Positions 28,202-38,382 of a stretch of 64,000 nt of DNA are shown here, piece after piece (within the stretch, counting starts at the first letter, position 1; each line of letters begins with the position of its first letter). Source of the stretch: Bacteroidales bacterium. GTDB taxonomy: Bacteria; Bacteroidota; Bacteroidia; Bacteroidales; G963667975. The DNA is taken from positions 1,182,760 through 1,246,759 of the forward strand of contig OY764079.1 in assembly GCA_963667975.1 (NCBI GenBank), in the 5' to 3' direction. The translations under genes and the position numbers were made by a program. The notes under the pieces were generated by a model. The model made no database searches, had not been told where the DNA came from, and saw only the letters and a program-made list of their open reading frames with translations.

Positions 28202-28217
28202 TTTGACGAATATGGCG
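28202..28217. promoter_or_regulatory. Conserved upstream motif TTTGACGAATATGGCG (P1)
   Basis: Lies 251 nt upstream of the P1 ATG. Related copies lie at 30589-30604 and 37641-37656, at similar distances and in the same orientation relative to their genes. Confidence 0.4.
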
Positions 28218-28260
28218 ACAATAATTCGCTCCATAAGCTTAAACGCTTCGTAATGCCTAT

Positions 28261-28286
28261 AAAAAAGCCGGTGAATATACACCGGC
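28261..28286 (-). terminator. Rho-independent terminator of 28315..28734
   Basis: The minus strand reads GCCGGTG-tatatt-CACCGGC-TTTTTT, 29 nt after the stop codon. Confidence 0.7.
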
Positions 28287-28314
28287 TAACGAGAAATAAA
28301 ATAAAAACAATGCT

Positions 28315-28734
28315 TTAATGGGTAATCATCCACATAAAAGCACTTTCTTGAGATCTGTGTAATTGCAGGTTCTTTATCTTCTTCAAATAGAAAAGCTCCA
28401 CATTACTTAGTAATAAATCATCACCATTAAAACAGGTATTACTTCTCACAACAGAAATAATATACGATGTATCTCTTAATTTATGATAAAGGATTTTAAA
28501 AAGCTCTACTTTTTCAAAACAATTACATTTTCCCGGGAAATTATCTACCAAAATAGCCCGGGCTATATGGTAAAACTTTAAAAGCTCTTCAACCTTATCA
28601 ATAATATATTTATATACTTTAAAAGAAGTGATCTCTGCCAGATTAATAACCAGTATATTTACATGAATTTCCATATCAAGAAAATAACTTCCAAACCTTC
28701 CTAATCCTTCCTGAATTCTTCCTAAGTTATCCAT
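28315..28734 (-). CDS. Small STAS-like protein, divergent paralog P2
   Basis: 139 aa. FKVYKYIIDKVEELL and ILVDNFPG align with the KAYKFIY / VIDN segments of P1, P3 and P4. Confidence 0.55.
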   Translation of the reverse strand: MDNLGRIQEGLGRFGSYFLDMEIHVNILVINLAEITSFKVYKYIIDKVEELLKFYHIARAILVDNFPGKCNCFEKVELFKILYHKLRDTSYIISVVRSNTCFNGDDLLLSNVELFYLKKIKNLQLHRSQESAFMWMITH

Positions 28735-29373
28735 AATTTGTCTTCCATTAATCTAATTGCATAAAGCGTAAGCCTGCCAGATATTCTTTAAACATTTATC
28801 ATCACTACATGTTTGTTGAGCTTTATAAATATTCTCATCTTGCTCTTTCTTGAAGCAAATACATGTAAAATATATTATAAATAAGCAGATTAAACGCAAA
28901 CGTGCGTAATCTTTATAAGTCAGCATTACAATCGATTTTGTTATTTTCAGAAACAATGGATTCATGATTACAAATGCTATTGGCTATTTATCTCTGTACT
29001 CGATTTATATATTACACAAATATATAACAATTCTGGCTAACATAACTAAAATATTAAAGCCTATATCACACTTATATAACACTATATTTCATTTTATTAA
29101 AATATTATTTGTTAATTTTATAATAATCACAATTATTGTATTTTACATTATATGTTCAATAATTGATATACATAATTTATGTTTAAATATATATAATAAA
29201 TCAAAATAAGCTCCTGCTTAATCTTGAAATCTGGATTGTAGAATTTGGGGGTAGAATATGTTTCCGGCAGGAAATATTTTTTTATATGGTAATTATTCTA
29301 TAGCATAACAAATAATATGATAATGATACAATTAAATATCTTATTATCATTGCTACTCTATTTATATCTTTTG

Positions 29374-29874
29374 TTATGACCCTATTGAATGATACATATC
29401 AGCAGGAAGCACTTGTGCAAGATATACCACGTAATTTATTTCACCTTTACGGATACATTTCGTGCATTTCGGATACCACCTATATAATTGTTTAGAAATG
29501 TAGCCCTCTTCTTTAAGCCTGTTACGGAAATACTCAAGCCATTTAACCTTATGCTGAATGTCTTCCCGAAAAACCTTCCCATAAAACCGTCCACACATAG
29601 ATCTGTTTTCCATACAAGGAACATAATTATCTACAGAAACATATATATTCATTCTCCAGAATGATACGTATTCACGTAAATACAAGTTATCAGGGTTTTT
29701 AATATGATTTCTTTCCAGAAGCACATGTATCCTTCTTAGAACCCAGTTCAGATTCATGGGCAAATAAAAAAATGTACACACACTCTCCACAAGAACGTTT
29801 TTATTTTCCCATGTAAAAAATCTATCGTCCCATAAATCGGGATTAAAATCAGGACAACAAGATAATGTACTCAC
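29374..29874 (-). CDS. Cys-containing conserved protein (family usually annotated only as hydrolase; function unknown)
   Basis: N-terminal CCPDFNPDLWDDRFFTWENK and C-terminal YPKCTKCIRKGEINYVVYLAQV resemble a recurrent uncharacterised family that I recall from Clostridia and methanogens. Confidence 0.5.
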   Translation of the reverse strand: MSTLSCCPDFNPDLWDDRFFTWENKNVLVESVCTFFYLPMNLNWVLRRIHVLLERNHIKNPDNLYLREYVSFWRMNIYVSVDNYVPCMENRSMCGRFYGKVFREDIQHKVKWLEYFRNRLKEEGYISKQLYRWYPKCTKCIRKGEINYVVYLAQVLPADMYHSIGS

Positions 29875-29913
29875 TCTTTCAAATATAGTAGTCAGGATAG
29901 AATTTATGACAAA

Positions 29914-30354
29914 TTATCGTTTAGTATTATTTAACCAGAATACAGCTTTATGTATATTATCAAATACGTCCAACGCATAAAAATAGTGTTGAAATTTTTT
30001 TCGTATATATCTAAGATATAGATAATTCCCAAAGCCATCTGTTCTCACGAAAGCAGCTTTGATATACTTATATTTATCAAGACGATCAAAAAAACGAATC
30101 AACGATTGCATTTCTTCAGAACTCAAACATCCTTGAATATTATCAATTACGATCACTCTGCCGTATCTTGAAATCAGCATCATAGATGAAATTTCCACAT
30201 AGATAAATTTATATGCTTTAAAGGAACAATTCCCTTCCAAATACACGATCAGAGAATTATTTATTTCTTCAAACTTCAAGGTATAATCTGCAGTTTGCCC
30301 TAATATAGGTGTATATGAAACTTCTATTTTTCTTTTGGTAGGTTCGTCAATCAT
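29914..30354 (-). CDS. Small STAS-like protein, paralog P3
   Basis: 146 aa with the FKAYKFIYVEISSMML, VIVIDNIQG and FDNIHKAVFWL motifs. Confidence 0.65.
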   Translation of the reverse strand: MIDEPTKRKIEVSYTPILGQTADYTLKFEEINNSLIVYLEGNCSFKAYKFIYVEISSMMLISRYGRVIVIDNIQGCLSSEEMQSLIRFFDRLDKYKYIKAAFVRTDGFGNYLYLRYIRKKFQHYFYALDVFDNIHKAVFWLNNTKR

Positions 30355-30588
30355 CTTCGTTTTTCAGAATTTATTTTGAGCAACTAATTTCGTTAAACAA
30401 GGATCGCATACCGAAAAAAACATCAACACAAACAACAAAATAATAAATTGAAGACAAAAACAAAACAGCTTATCTTTTTTAAAAACATTATATTACTTAT
30501 TATCAGTATTTTGTTATTTCGAATTTTATAAATAGATATTTTATGATCTCTGCCAGTTTCGCTAATAAATACAATAATCAGCTTATAT

Positions 30589-30604
30589 TTTGTCGTATTT
30601 GGCG
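30589..30604. promoter_or_regulatory. Conserved upstream motif TTTGTCGTATTTGGCG (P3)
   Basis: Lies 235 nt upstream of the P3 start, within the intergenic region shared with the divergent AraC gene. Confidence 0.35.
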
Positions 30605-30725
30605 CGTTAAGAAATCGTCAATTATTAATATTTACTCAATAAACTTATATTTGTATGGAAAAGTAAATCTTTAATAAACACTAATATCTCTATCGAAGAA
30701 CAAATAAAATAATTTATAAATATTT

Positions 30726-31646
30726 ATGAACTTAAATTTTCATAATTCGGAAGCTGAATATATATCCAAGGTACTTCAAATTGCAAATTACATTGCAATT
30801 CATTATACTAAGAAAATCACAGTTGAGGAGCTTTCTGAAGTTTCCGGATTCTCTGAAATACATATCAAGGATATTTTTGAAAACACAGCAGGCAATACGT
30901 TAAGTGAATACCTCAATAAGGTACGAATTAATAAAGCAGCAGAATTACTAATCAGGAAGCCGGACTGGCCTCTTTCTTACATTGCTATGGAATGTGGATT
31001 TGTGGATGTATATATATTCTTAAGAATATTTAAACAACAATCCGGCATTTGTGTAACAAGTTTTCGCAAACAATACAGCAACAACAATCTAAATATTGAT
31101 TTCTTTCACAAAAGAATTTTTTCTGAAAAACAGATAAGAGAAGATCAATTAACCATAGAGCAGTCATTTTGCGTAGAGGTTAAGTATATAAAAAGCATTA
31201 CAGTTGCATATATTCGTTACGGAACTATTGATTTCGCAAAAAAGAATCTTACATCCCGCTTATGGAATAGTATTGATAAATGGATTACACGTAAACGGGT
31301 TAATTATAAAACTGCATTTAAATATGTGGTGATCCATCAAAGTGAAGGTGAAAAGATGTTATCAACGATCCAATGTATTTTACTTGGAGCAATAATACCA
31401 AATGATTATACCACAAAAGGAATTGTAGGGAAAAAAGATTTATATGAAGGAAATTATCTGGTAATTAAAGCAAACCTCACCTCTGAGGAGGTATCCAAAG
31501 TATGGAAATGGGTTTATAAAGAATGGCTTCCCAAAAGTGGATATCAGCCAGAAAATGAACCTAGATTCGAGCTATATTCTAAAATACCAAATGAAGAAAA
31601 ACAATTTACGGAGCTGTTTATACCACTAAAACCACTCAGTAACTGA
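30726..31646 (+). CDS. AraC-family transcriptional regulator with GyrI-like effector domain
   Basis: N-terminal AraC HTH (ITVEELSEVSGFSEIHIKDIFE ... YIAMECGF). The C-terminal 150 aa (CVEVKYIKSITVAYIRY ... FELYSKIP) resembles a GyrI-like domain. Confidence 0.7.
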   Translation: MNLNFHNSEAEYISKVLQIANYIAIHYTKKITVEELSEVSGFSEIHIKDIFENTAGNTLSEYLNKVRINKAAELLIRKPDWPLSYIAMECGFVDVYIFLRIFKQQSGICVTSFRKQYSNNNLNIDFFHKRIFSEKQIREDQLTIEQSFCVEVKYIKSITVAYIRYGTIDFAKKNLTSRLWNSIDKWITRKRVNYKTAFKYVVIHQSEGEKMLSTIQCILLGAIIPNDYTTKGIVGKKDLYEGNYLVIKANLTSEEVSKVWKWVYKEWLPKSGYQPENEPRFELYSKIPNEEKQFTELFIPLKPLSN

Positions 31647-31729
31647 TTTGTCTATAATCTTTTCATCAAAAACAGGAAGAAAGAGCCATTCGGGAATGCT
31701 CTCTCTTCCTGTTTTTATTACACATGGAT

Positions 31730-32665
31730 TTATCGTGCAAGCGGATGATAATCACCAACTAATCCCACTGGCGTTTGTGTACGGATTTGATGGACGGCTA
31801 CAATGCTGTTGCGTGCATCTTCCACCCCGAAACCTCCTCCTGAAAGAATATCCTGATAGGTAACCGTATGCAAATCAGTAAAGCCTCCGCTGAACTCTAT
31901 TTCTTTCCCTTCAACCGTAATGGAACGCCAGGTTCTTTGACCTGCTGCTTTCACACCTTCAGGAATGTCATTGTAATCAATACTGAGGAACCAGCGTACG
32001 CGGGCTTTTTCCAATTGAAGGAAACCGGAAGCTTTATCCTCGCGGGAAACGTGAACAATGTTTTCTTTCACATCTCCAAAAATCCAACCCAGCATATCAA
32101 AAAAATGAACCCCAATATTGGTTGCAATGCCTCCTGATTTTGCCATATCGCCTTTCCATGAATAATGATACCATTTACCCCGGCTTGTAATGTATGATAA
32201 ATCTATATCATACATCTTTCCGGCAGGAGCTGCATCTATCTCTTTTTTTAGGGCAATGATAGAAGGATGCAAACGAAGTTGCAACACAGTATAGATCTTT
32301 TTTCCAGTTTCTTTTTCAATGATTTTGAGGGCATCAATGTTCCATGGATTGAGAACGATGGGCTTTTCACAAATGGCATGGGCATCATTACGCAGGGCCA
32401 AACGAATGTGTGAATCATGTAAATAGTTTGGAGAACAAATACTTACATAATCAATCTTCCGTGTCCCTTCCCGGCGAAGATGATCCAGATGACGATCAAA
32501 ACGTTCTGGTTCGATAAAAAAGTCAGCATTCGGAAAATGACTGTCAATAATTCCAACGCTATCGAAAGGATCCAATGCAGCAACCAGATCATTTCCGGTT
32601 TCTTTAATTGCTTTCATGTGTCGTGGAGCAATATACCCAGCTGCTCCGATAAGTGCAAAATTCAT
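31730..32665 (-). CDS. Gfo/Idh/MocA oxidoreductase (WbpB-like UDP-GlcNAcA 3-dehydrogenase)
   Basis: MNFALIGAAGYIAPRHMKAI Rossmann start and EKP motif (ICEKPIVL). It is clustered with an acetyltransferase and an aminotransferase. Confidence 0.65.
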   Translation of the reverse strand: MNFALIGAAGYIAPRHMKAIKETGNDLVAALDPFDSVGIIDSHFPNADFFIEPERFDRHLDHLRREGTRKIDYVSICSPNYLHDSHIRLALRNDAHAICEKPIVLNPWNIDALKIIEKETGKKIYTVLQLRLHPSIIALKKEIDAAPAGKMYDIDLSYITSRGKWYHYSWKGDMAKSGGIATNIGVHFFDMLGWIFGDVKENIVHVSREDKASGFLQLEKARVRWFLSIDYNDIPEGVKAAGQRTWRSITVEGKEIEFSGGFTDLHTVTYQDILSGGGFGVEDARNSIVAVHQIRTQTPVGLVGDYHPLAR

Positions 32666-32678
32666 TTTTGTAGATTTT

Positions 32679-33254
32679 TTATAGCTTAGTAACGCTGTTA
32701 TCCTTCAATTGGTATTTGTCGCCACTTTCCGGACAAACAGCAATACCATTCTGGTCAAAATTCAGCCGATGACCATATTCGCTGATCCATCCTAACTGTT
32801 TAGCAGGATTTCCTACAACCAAAGCATAGGCAGGAACCGTTTTGGTAACCACTGCTCCGGCACCGATAAAGGCATATTCTCCAATGTCATGGCCACACAC
32901 AATTGTTGCATTTGCTCCAATTGAAGCACCTTTTCTCACTACTGTTACTGCATATTGCCCCCTGCGATTAATCGCGCTACGCGGGTTGGTTACATTTGTA
33001 AACACCATCGACGGGCCAAGAAATACATCATCTTCACAAATAACTCCTGTATAGATAGATACATTATTCTGAACCTTTACATTCTTTCCTAATATTACAT
33101 CAGGCGAAATCACAACATTTTGTCCGATATTGCAATTTTCACCTATTTTACAATTACTCATTACATGTGAAAAATGCCAGATTTTTGTACCCTTTTCTAT
33201 GATACATCCTTCATCAATAATTGCAGTTTCGTGTGCAAAGTATTCTTTTTCCAT
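32679..33254 (-). CDS. Hexapeptide-repeat N-acetyltransferase (WbpD-like)
   Basis: Left-handed beta-helix repeats (IGENCNIGQNVVI, LGKNVKVQNNVSI) and a C-terminal GNPAKQLGWISEYGHRL. Confidence 0.65.
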   Translation of the reverse strand: MEKEYFAHETAIIDEGCIIEKGTKIWHFSHVMSNCKIGENCNIGQNVVISPDVILGKNVKVQNNVSIYTGVICEDDVFLGPSMVFTNVTNPRSAINRRGQYAVTVVRKGASIGANATIVCGHDIGEYAFIGAGAVVTKTVPAYALVVGNPAKQLGWISEYGHRLNFDQNGIAVCPESGDKYQLKDNSVTKL

Positions 33255-33591
33255 AGCCTTGTCTTTTTAAAGATAAAAAATGAGCTGTCTGAAAAATCGG
33301 ATTCTTTATATTCCGACTCCACTCAACATAACAATATACTGACTATTAGCCATTAGACTAAGGAGCGTTTTTATCAGTTTGCAGACTTTTCAGACAGTCC
33401 AAAATTACAAGAATATTTTTTACCAGCGTGAATTCCGAATGAATCCAGGATCATTCGGGGAAAATGCCAATGGAATAGTGACATTCTATTACAACACACA
33501 CTTTCCCGATTCACAGGAGATCGGACTCAGCCTCCTAAAACCGGGAAAGTGTGAGAATAAAGGATTTGTTTAGGTTGGTAAAACCTCGTGC

Positions 33592-34722
33592 TTATTTGTT
33601 TATGAACGCTAAAACATTTTCCGTGATATGTTTTAATTGTTCATCATCAAGTTCGGTATGCATTGGAAGAGAAAGCACTGTTTCGCAAAGTTTTTCAGTA
33701 ACAGGAAAATCACCTTCTTTGTAACGTGGATCAACATACGCTTTTTGCATATGAAGAGGTACCGGATAATAAATCATAGCCGGAATATCTTTCGAAGCCA
33801 GATAATCCTGAAGTGCTTTCCGATCGATATTTGAAGTAACTAGCGTATATTGATGGAAAACGTGTGTTGAGTTTACAGCACGGAACGGAGTCTTCAGCTT
33901 ATCACAGTTTGCAAAAGCTTTGTCATAATAATCGGCAACATAACGGCGAGCAGCAGCATATTCATCCAAATGTTTCAGCTTCGCATCCAGAACAACTGCC
34001 TGAATACTGTCCAAACGTGAATTAACACCTACATAATCATGATAGTATCGAACAACCATTCCATGATTTACCACAACGCGTAGTTGGTTGGCCAGTTCAT
34101 CGTCATTCGTGAAAATTGCGCCACCATCGCCATAGCAACCCAAATTCTTGGACGGGAAGAATGAAGTGCAGCCAACATGACCAATAGTTCCGGTTTTCTT
34201 CCGGCTTCCATCTTTAAATATATAATCAGCACCGATAGCCTGGCAGTTATCTTCTATTACAAAGAGATTATGTTTTTGAGCAAGTTCCATTACAGCTTCC
34301 ATATCTGCACTCTGTCCGAAAAGATGAACGGGAACAATTGCTTTAGTTTTGGGAGTAATGGCTCTTTCTATCGCTTTAATATCAATATTAAATGTATGAG
34401 GATCAACATCAACCAAAACCGGAGTGAATCCCAAAAGAGCGATAACCTCAGCCGTTGCAATAAAGGTAAAATTAGCTGTAATGACTTCATCACCTGGTTT
34501 TAATCCGAGAGCCATCATTGCAACTTGCAACGCATCGGTTCCGTTTGCGCAGGGAATTACATGTTTTACATTAAGATATTTTTCCAGATTCTCGCGAAAA
34601 CGATTTACGGCCGGACCATTAATAAATGCTGTATTATCGATTACTTCCTGAATTCCTTTGTCAACTTCCGCTTTAATTTTTTCATATTGACCTTTAAGAT
34701 CAACCATTTGTATTTTTTTCAT
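33592..34722 (-). CDS. DegT/DnrJ/EryC1/StrS-family aminotransferase (WbpE-like)
   Basis: 376 aa with the CANGTDAL and SFFPSKNLGCYGDGG (PLP-lysine region) motifs. Confidence 0.8.
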   Translation of the reverse strand: MKKIQMVDLKGQYEKIKAEVDKGIQEVIDNTAFINGPAVNRFRENLEKYLNVKHVIPCANGTDALQVAMMALGLKPGDEVITANFTFIATAEVIALLGFTPVLVDVDPHTFNIDIKAIERAITPKTKAIVPVHLFGQSADMEAVMELAQKHNLFVIEDNCQAIGADYIFKDGSRKKTGTIGHVGCTSFFPSKNLGCYGDGGAIFTNDDELANQLRVVVNHGMVVRYYHDYVGVNSRLDSIQAVVLDAKLKHLDEYAAARRYVADYYDKAFANCDKLKTPFRAVNSTHVFHQYTLVTSNIDRKALQDYLASKDIPAMIYYPVPLHMQKAYVDPRYKEGDFPVTEKLCETVLSLPMHTELDDEQLKHITENVLAFINK

Positions 34723-34954
34723 AAGCTTAAGAATATGAGGTTAGTTGTTTTATATCTCCATTGTTATTCGATTCACAAAAGTATGAAAATCCCTTCATTC
34801 AACAAAAATTATGTTATTTTAGAGCTTCGAAAGCACAAAATTAGATTATGACTTTGAGCCGCAAATCAATCAAAAATGAAAGGTTCTGCATACTTTTTTT
34901 ACTGTGGTAAAATGAAAGCTGTAATTTTGCGTTTTTAAGGGAAATTTGCCACGT

Positions 34955-35722
34955 ATGAAAAAATCACACATACTCTTTGTTTTTACGTTTTTATCGATAA
35001 CGCTTTTTCAGGTTCATTCGTATGCTCAACGAAATATTAAGGACTCATCTTTTGTGGTGAGTATGATATCCGCAAGCTACTCGTTTAATTTTGTAGGGGG
35101 AGATCTGGCGAACCGTTATGGGAATAACTCCACCATTGGCCCGGCGTTTACGGTAAAACTGAAAAACAACTGGCTTCTTGGTGCTGATTTGAATTTTATC
35201 TTTGGGAACAATGTGAAAATTCAAAATCAGATTATTAGTGGAATAGCAACCAGCGATGACAATGTTATCAGTCGTGAAGGCACTTATGCTGACATTCGTA
35301 TGTTTGAACGTGGTTATTCAGCTTCTGTTAAAGTCGGGAAAGTATTCCCTGTTTTTGGCTCTAATCCGAATTCCGGAATCATGTTTACCGTAGGAGGCGG
35401 AATTCTTCGGCATAAAATCAGAATTGAAGCGGATAATAATGCAACCCCGCAATTACGTGATGATTACGCAAAAGGCTATGATCGTTTAAGTCAGGGGTTT
35501 CAGATGAACGGATTTTTGGGATATCTGAACCTCAGTAACAAACGTCTCTATAACTTTTATCTTGGCGTAGAATTTATGAGCGGATGGACAAAATCATTAC
35601 GCGATTACAACTTTGACGAACATAAAAAAGATACAGAAACCTATTACAATCAGTTTATAGGCTTTAAATTTGGATGGATTATTCCATTGTATGGTCGCTC
35701 CCCCAATGAATTCTACTATTAG
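34955..35722 (+). CDS. Outer-membrane beta-barrel protein of unknown function
   Basis: The ATG at 34955 gives the signal peptide MKKSHILFVFTFLSITLFQVHSYA. The protein has beta-strand periodicity and an aromatic C-terminus (EFYY). Confidence 0.6.
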   Translation: MKKSHILFVFTFLSITLFQVHSYAQRNIKDSSFVVSMISASYSFNFVGGDLANRYGNNSTIGPAFTVKLKNNWLLGADLNFIFGNNVKIQNQIISGIATSDDNVISREGTYADIRMFERGYSASVKVGKVFPVFGSNPNSGIMFTVGGGILRHKIRIEADNNATPQLRDDYAKGYDRLSQGFQMNGFLGYLNLSNKRLYNFYLGVEFMSGWTKSLRDYNFDEHKKDTETYYNQFIGFKFGWIIPLYGRSPNEFYY

Positions 35723-35724
35723 AA

Positions 35725-36960
35725 ATGAGATTGTTATATACCTTTTTTATCCACATTTATATTTCGGCAATAAGGTTTTCTGCCTTACATTCCTTAAAAG
35801 CAAAACGCTGGGTTGAGGGACGAAAAAACTGGAAAACAAAACTATCCGGTTTTAATCCCGGCAAAAAGCCTGTGGTATGGTTTCATGCGGCATCGTTGGG
35901 TGAATTTGAACAAGGCCGTCCGGTTATTGAAGCTTTTCGTAAAAATTACCCTGAATATTATCTGCTGCTCACTTTTTTTTCTCCTTCCGGATATGAAATC
36001 CGTAAAAATTACAGCGGAGCAGATCTTATTTTGTACCTTCCTGCTGATTTTTCTTCAAATGCACTATTCTTTCTCGATTGTGTAAACCCCCAAATGGTAT
36101 TCTTTATTAAGTATGAGTACTGGTTTAATTTTATGAATGAGCTGAGACTCAGAAAAATTCCGCTTTACGTTATTTCGGCAATATTTCGTCCCTCTCAACA
36201 TTTCTTTAAGCCCTGGGGCAAGTGGTTTCGTAAACAATTAAATGCTGTTGATTATTTTTTTGTTCAAAATGATGAGTCGATAAAACTCTTACAATCTATT
36301 GGTTTTCAAAATGCTATAATTAGTGGCGATACTCGTTTTGACAGAGTATGCAATGTTGTAGCAAATCAGGAATCATTCCCGTTGATTGAAAAATTCTCAG
36401 AAGACCACAAGATAATACTCGCCGGAAGCAGTTGGTTCCCTGATGAAACGCTACTTGCTAATATTATACAGCAACTACCTGATAATACACGAATTATTAT
36501 TGCACCACACGAAGTGGATGAAAAGCGAATTCAGGAAATTAAAAACATTTTCCCACATAAAACAGTCAGATTATCTGAAGCCGGCCTCGGTAATATTTCT
36601 CTTCACAAAATACTGATTATTGACGGAATAGGATTCCTTTCGAAGCTCTATCGTTATGCTGATATTGCATATATCGGAGGCGGTTTTGGAAAGGGGATTC
36701 ATAATATTCTGGAAGCCGCCGCTTATGGAGTTCCGGTAATTATCGGACCCAATTATGCCCGTTTTAAAGAAGCCTGCGACCTTGTAAGGCATAAAGGGGC
36801 ATACACTGTTCAGAATCAGGAAGACTTGTATAAAATATGCAGCAAATTACTTACGGATGATGCTCTGTGGCAAAAAAGCTCTGAAATCTGTGCAAACTAT
36901 GTTCAGGAGCAAAAAGGTGCTACCGAAATTATTATAAAACACGTACAATTACAGTTTTAG
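35725..36960 (+). CDS. waaA: 3-deoxy-D-manno-octulosonic acid (Kdo) transferase
   Basis: VWFHAASLGEFEQGRPVIEAF signature and a GGSF/GG-type C-terminal domain (IAYIGGGFGKGIHNILEAAAYGVPV). Confidence 0.85.
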   Translation: MRLLYTFFIHIYISAIRFSALHSLKAKRWVEGRKNWKTKLSGFNPGKKPVVWFHAASLGEFEQGRPVIEAFRKNYPEYYLLLTFFSPSGYEIRKNYSGADLILYLPADFSSNALFFLDCVNPQMVFFIKYEYWFNFMNELRLRKIPLYVISAIFRPSQHFFKPWGKWFRKQLNAVDYFFVQNDESIKLLQSIGFQNAIISGDTRFDRVCNVVANQESFPLIEKFSEDHKIILAGSSWFPDETLLANIIQQLPDNTRIIIAPHEVDEKRIQEIKNIFPHKTVRLSEAGLGNISLHKILIIDGIGFLSKLYRYADIAYIGGGFGKGIHNILEAAAYGVPVIIGPNYARFKEACDLVRHKGAYTVQNQEDLYKICSKLLTDDALWQKSSEICANYVQEQKGATEIIIKHVQLQF

Positions 36961-37640
36961 ATCTAATGTCGTTTAAGGTGTGAACCACCGCTACATCAAA
37001 ACCATTATTCGAGTGCTTTCCGCTCGAGGCAGATTTACGATTATTTATTGCTGCTATTTTTGTCCGGATTATAACACAAATGTCCCATAATAGTGCTTGT
37101 TTTGCATGGCGTGAGTATGGTTATGATGAGCTGTTTTTAGCTACAGATAATTCATAATGTATTGTATATTACAGACAATAAACTGTTTATTAAGTGATAG
37201 AAAATCGTATTATGAAATGAAGAAACAGTTTGGCTGGATATTTGCAATAGCCATTTATTCTGAAGGTTTTTTATGCCGGAAACATTATGATATACGGAAA
37301 CAGAAACTGAAACGAAAAGGGACTTATTTTAATTTTAACAGAATTTTTAAAGAAACAGGCGTTTAAACTCATTTTAATGATTTATGATAGAATAGAAGTG
37401 TTTTATCAGTTTATTAATTGTTGAAATGAAACAGGAAAATAGTACATGCGTAAATATGGCTTTTGCCATAGAAAATTGAGCATTTGCAGACTATTTTCAC
37501 AGGGTATTCTTGTGTTGAAAAATCACACATGGGCGATTTTTTTTAACTACTTGTGTGTAAAATTGACCTTCTTTGGGTTTTTACCGTCGCCATATTTCAC
37601 AATTATCCTATTTTAAAGTGCCCTAAACCGACTCTTTGAG

Positions 37641-37656
37641 AGCCATATTCGTCAAA
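37641..37656. promoter_or_regulatory. Conserved upstream motif (reverse complement TTTGACGAATATGGCT) (P4)
   Basis: Lies 249 nt upstream of the P4 ATG, in the same gene-relative orientation as the P1 and P3 copies. Confidence 0.4.
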
Positions 37657-37904
37657 AACAGATTTTTCATTTTTAGAATTAAAGGGCGATCACTTAGCAT
37701 TGTTTTAACATTTTATATACCTGATAAACACACAGAAAGTATCGGATGGGATTTTGTTTTTCCCATCTTTTTTTTTCGCTATAGCTAGGTATTCATCGCC
37801 AAATTCATCAATCCGGCGATATCTCTTTTGTATTCAAATTGATTATGGGCGAATTTTGGATTGTTCAGTTTTAACAAAGTTTTAACCCTCAAAAATTTTC
37901 CATT

Positions 37905-38342
37905 ATGGACACATTTAAATTGATCTCTCCTGCCCATGAATCAGAGACTCCATTTATGGGGAAAATTGCAGGATATAAACTAAAATATGAAAATATTGCA
38001 GGAATAATCCATGTGGAAGTTACAGGTACAGCAAGCATCAAGGCATATAAATATATATACCTCGAAGTTGCTTCGCTTCTTCTTTCCCGAAACGCCAATA
38101 AGGCAATTGTAAATGATAAGCTGGAGGAAATCCTTCCTTTACGCGATTTTATTTGTGTTTATCAGGCTATACGAAAATTATTCTATTCTCACTTTTTAAA
38201 TTTTGCGCTTATACGCCCGGATGATTATGGTTGTGAAAACCAACGGGAGTTTATTCAGCTTTATTTTAACTCGCACATGCTGAACCTGAGTGTTTTTAAA
38301 ACTTTTAAGGAAGCCATAAAATGGATTACAATAATACAATAA
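37905..38342 (+). CDS. Small STAS-like protein, paralog P4 (first gene of the FGE/T9SS operon)
   Basis: 145 aa with IKAYKYIYLEVASLLL, AIVNDKLEE and FKEAIKWI motifs. It lies 41 nt upstream of the next gene. Confidence 0.65.
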   Translation: MDTFKLISPAHESETPFMGKIAGYKLKYENIAGIIHVEVTGTASIKAYKYIYLEVASLLLSRNANKAIVNDKLEEILPLRDFICVYQAIRKLFYSHFLNFALIRPDDYGCENQREFIQLYFNSHMLNLSVFKTFKEAIKWITIIQ

Positions 38343-38382
38343 GTTTTATTCGATTTTATTTACTAACCAAAAACTTTTAATT

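Noticed and set aside
28753-29209. ORFs 28753..28965 (-) and 28964..29209 (+). Similar ORFs lie at 37157..37366, 45882..46232, 46416..46622 and 27044..27265.
   Set aside because: They sit in extremely AT-rich, low-complexity DNA and give Ile/Phe/Lys/Asn-rich products without motifs. They overlap conserved upstream leader regions or hairpins. They cannot be excluded as small membrane proteins, but nothing supports them.
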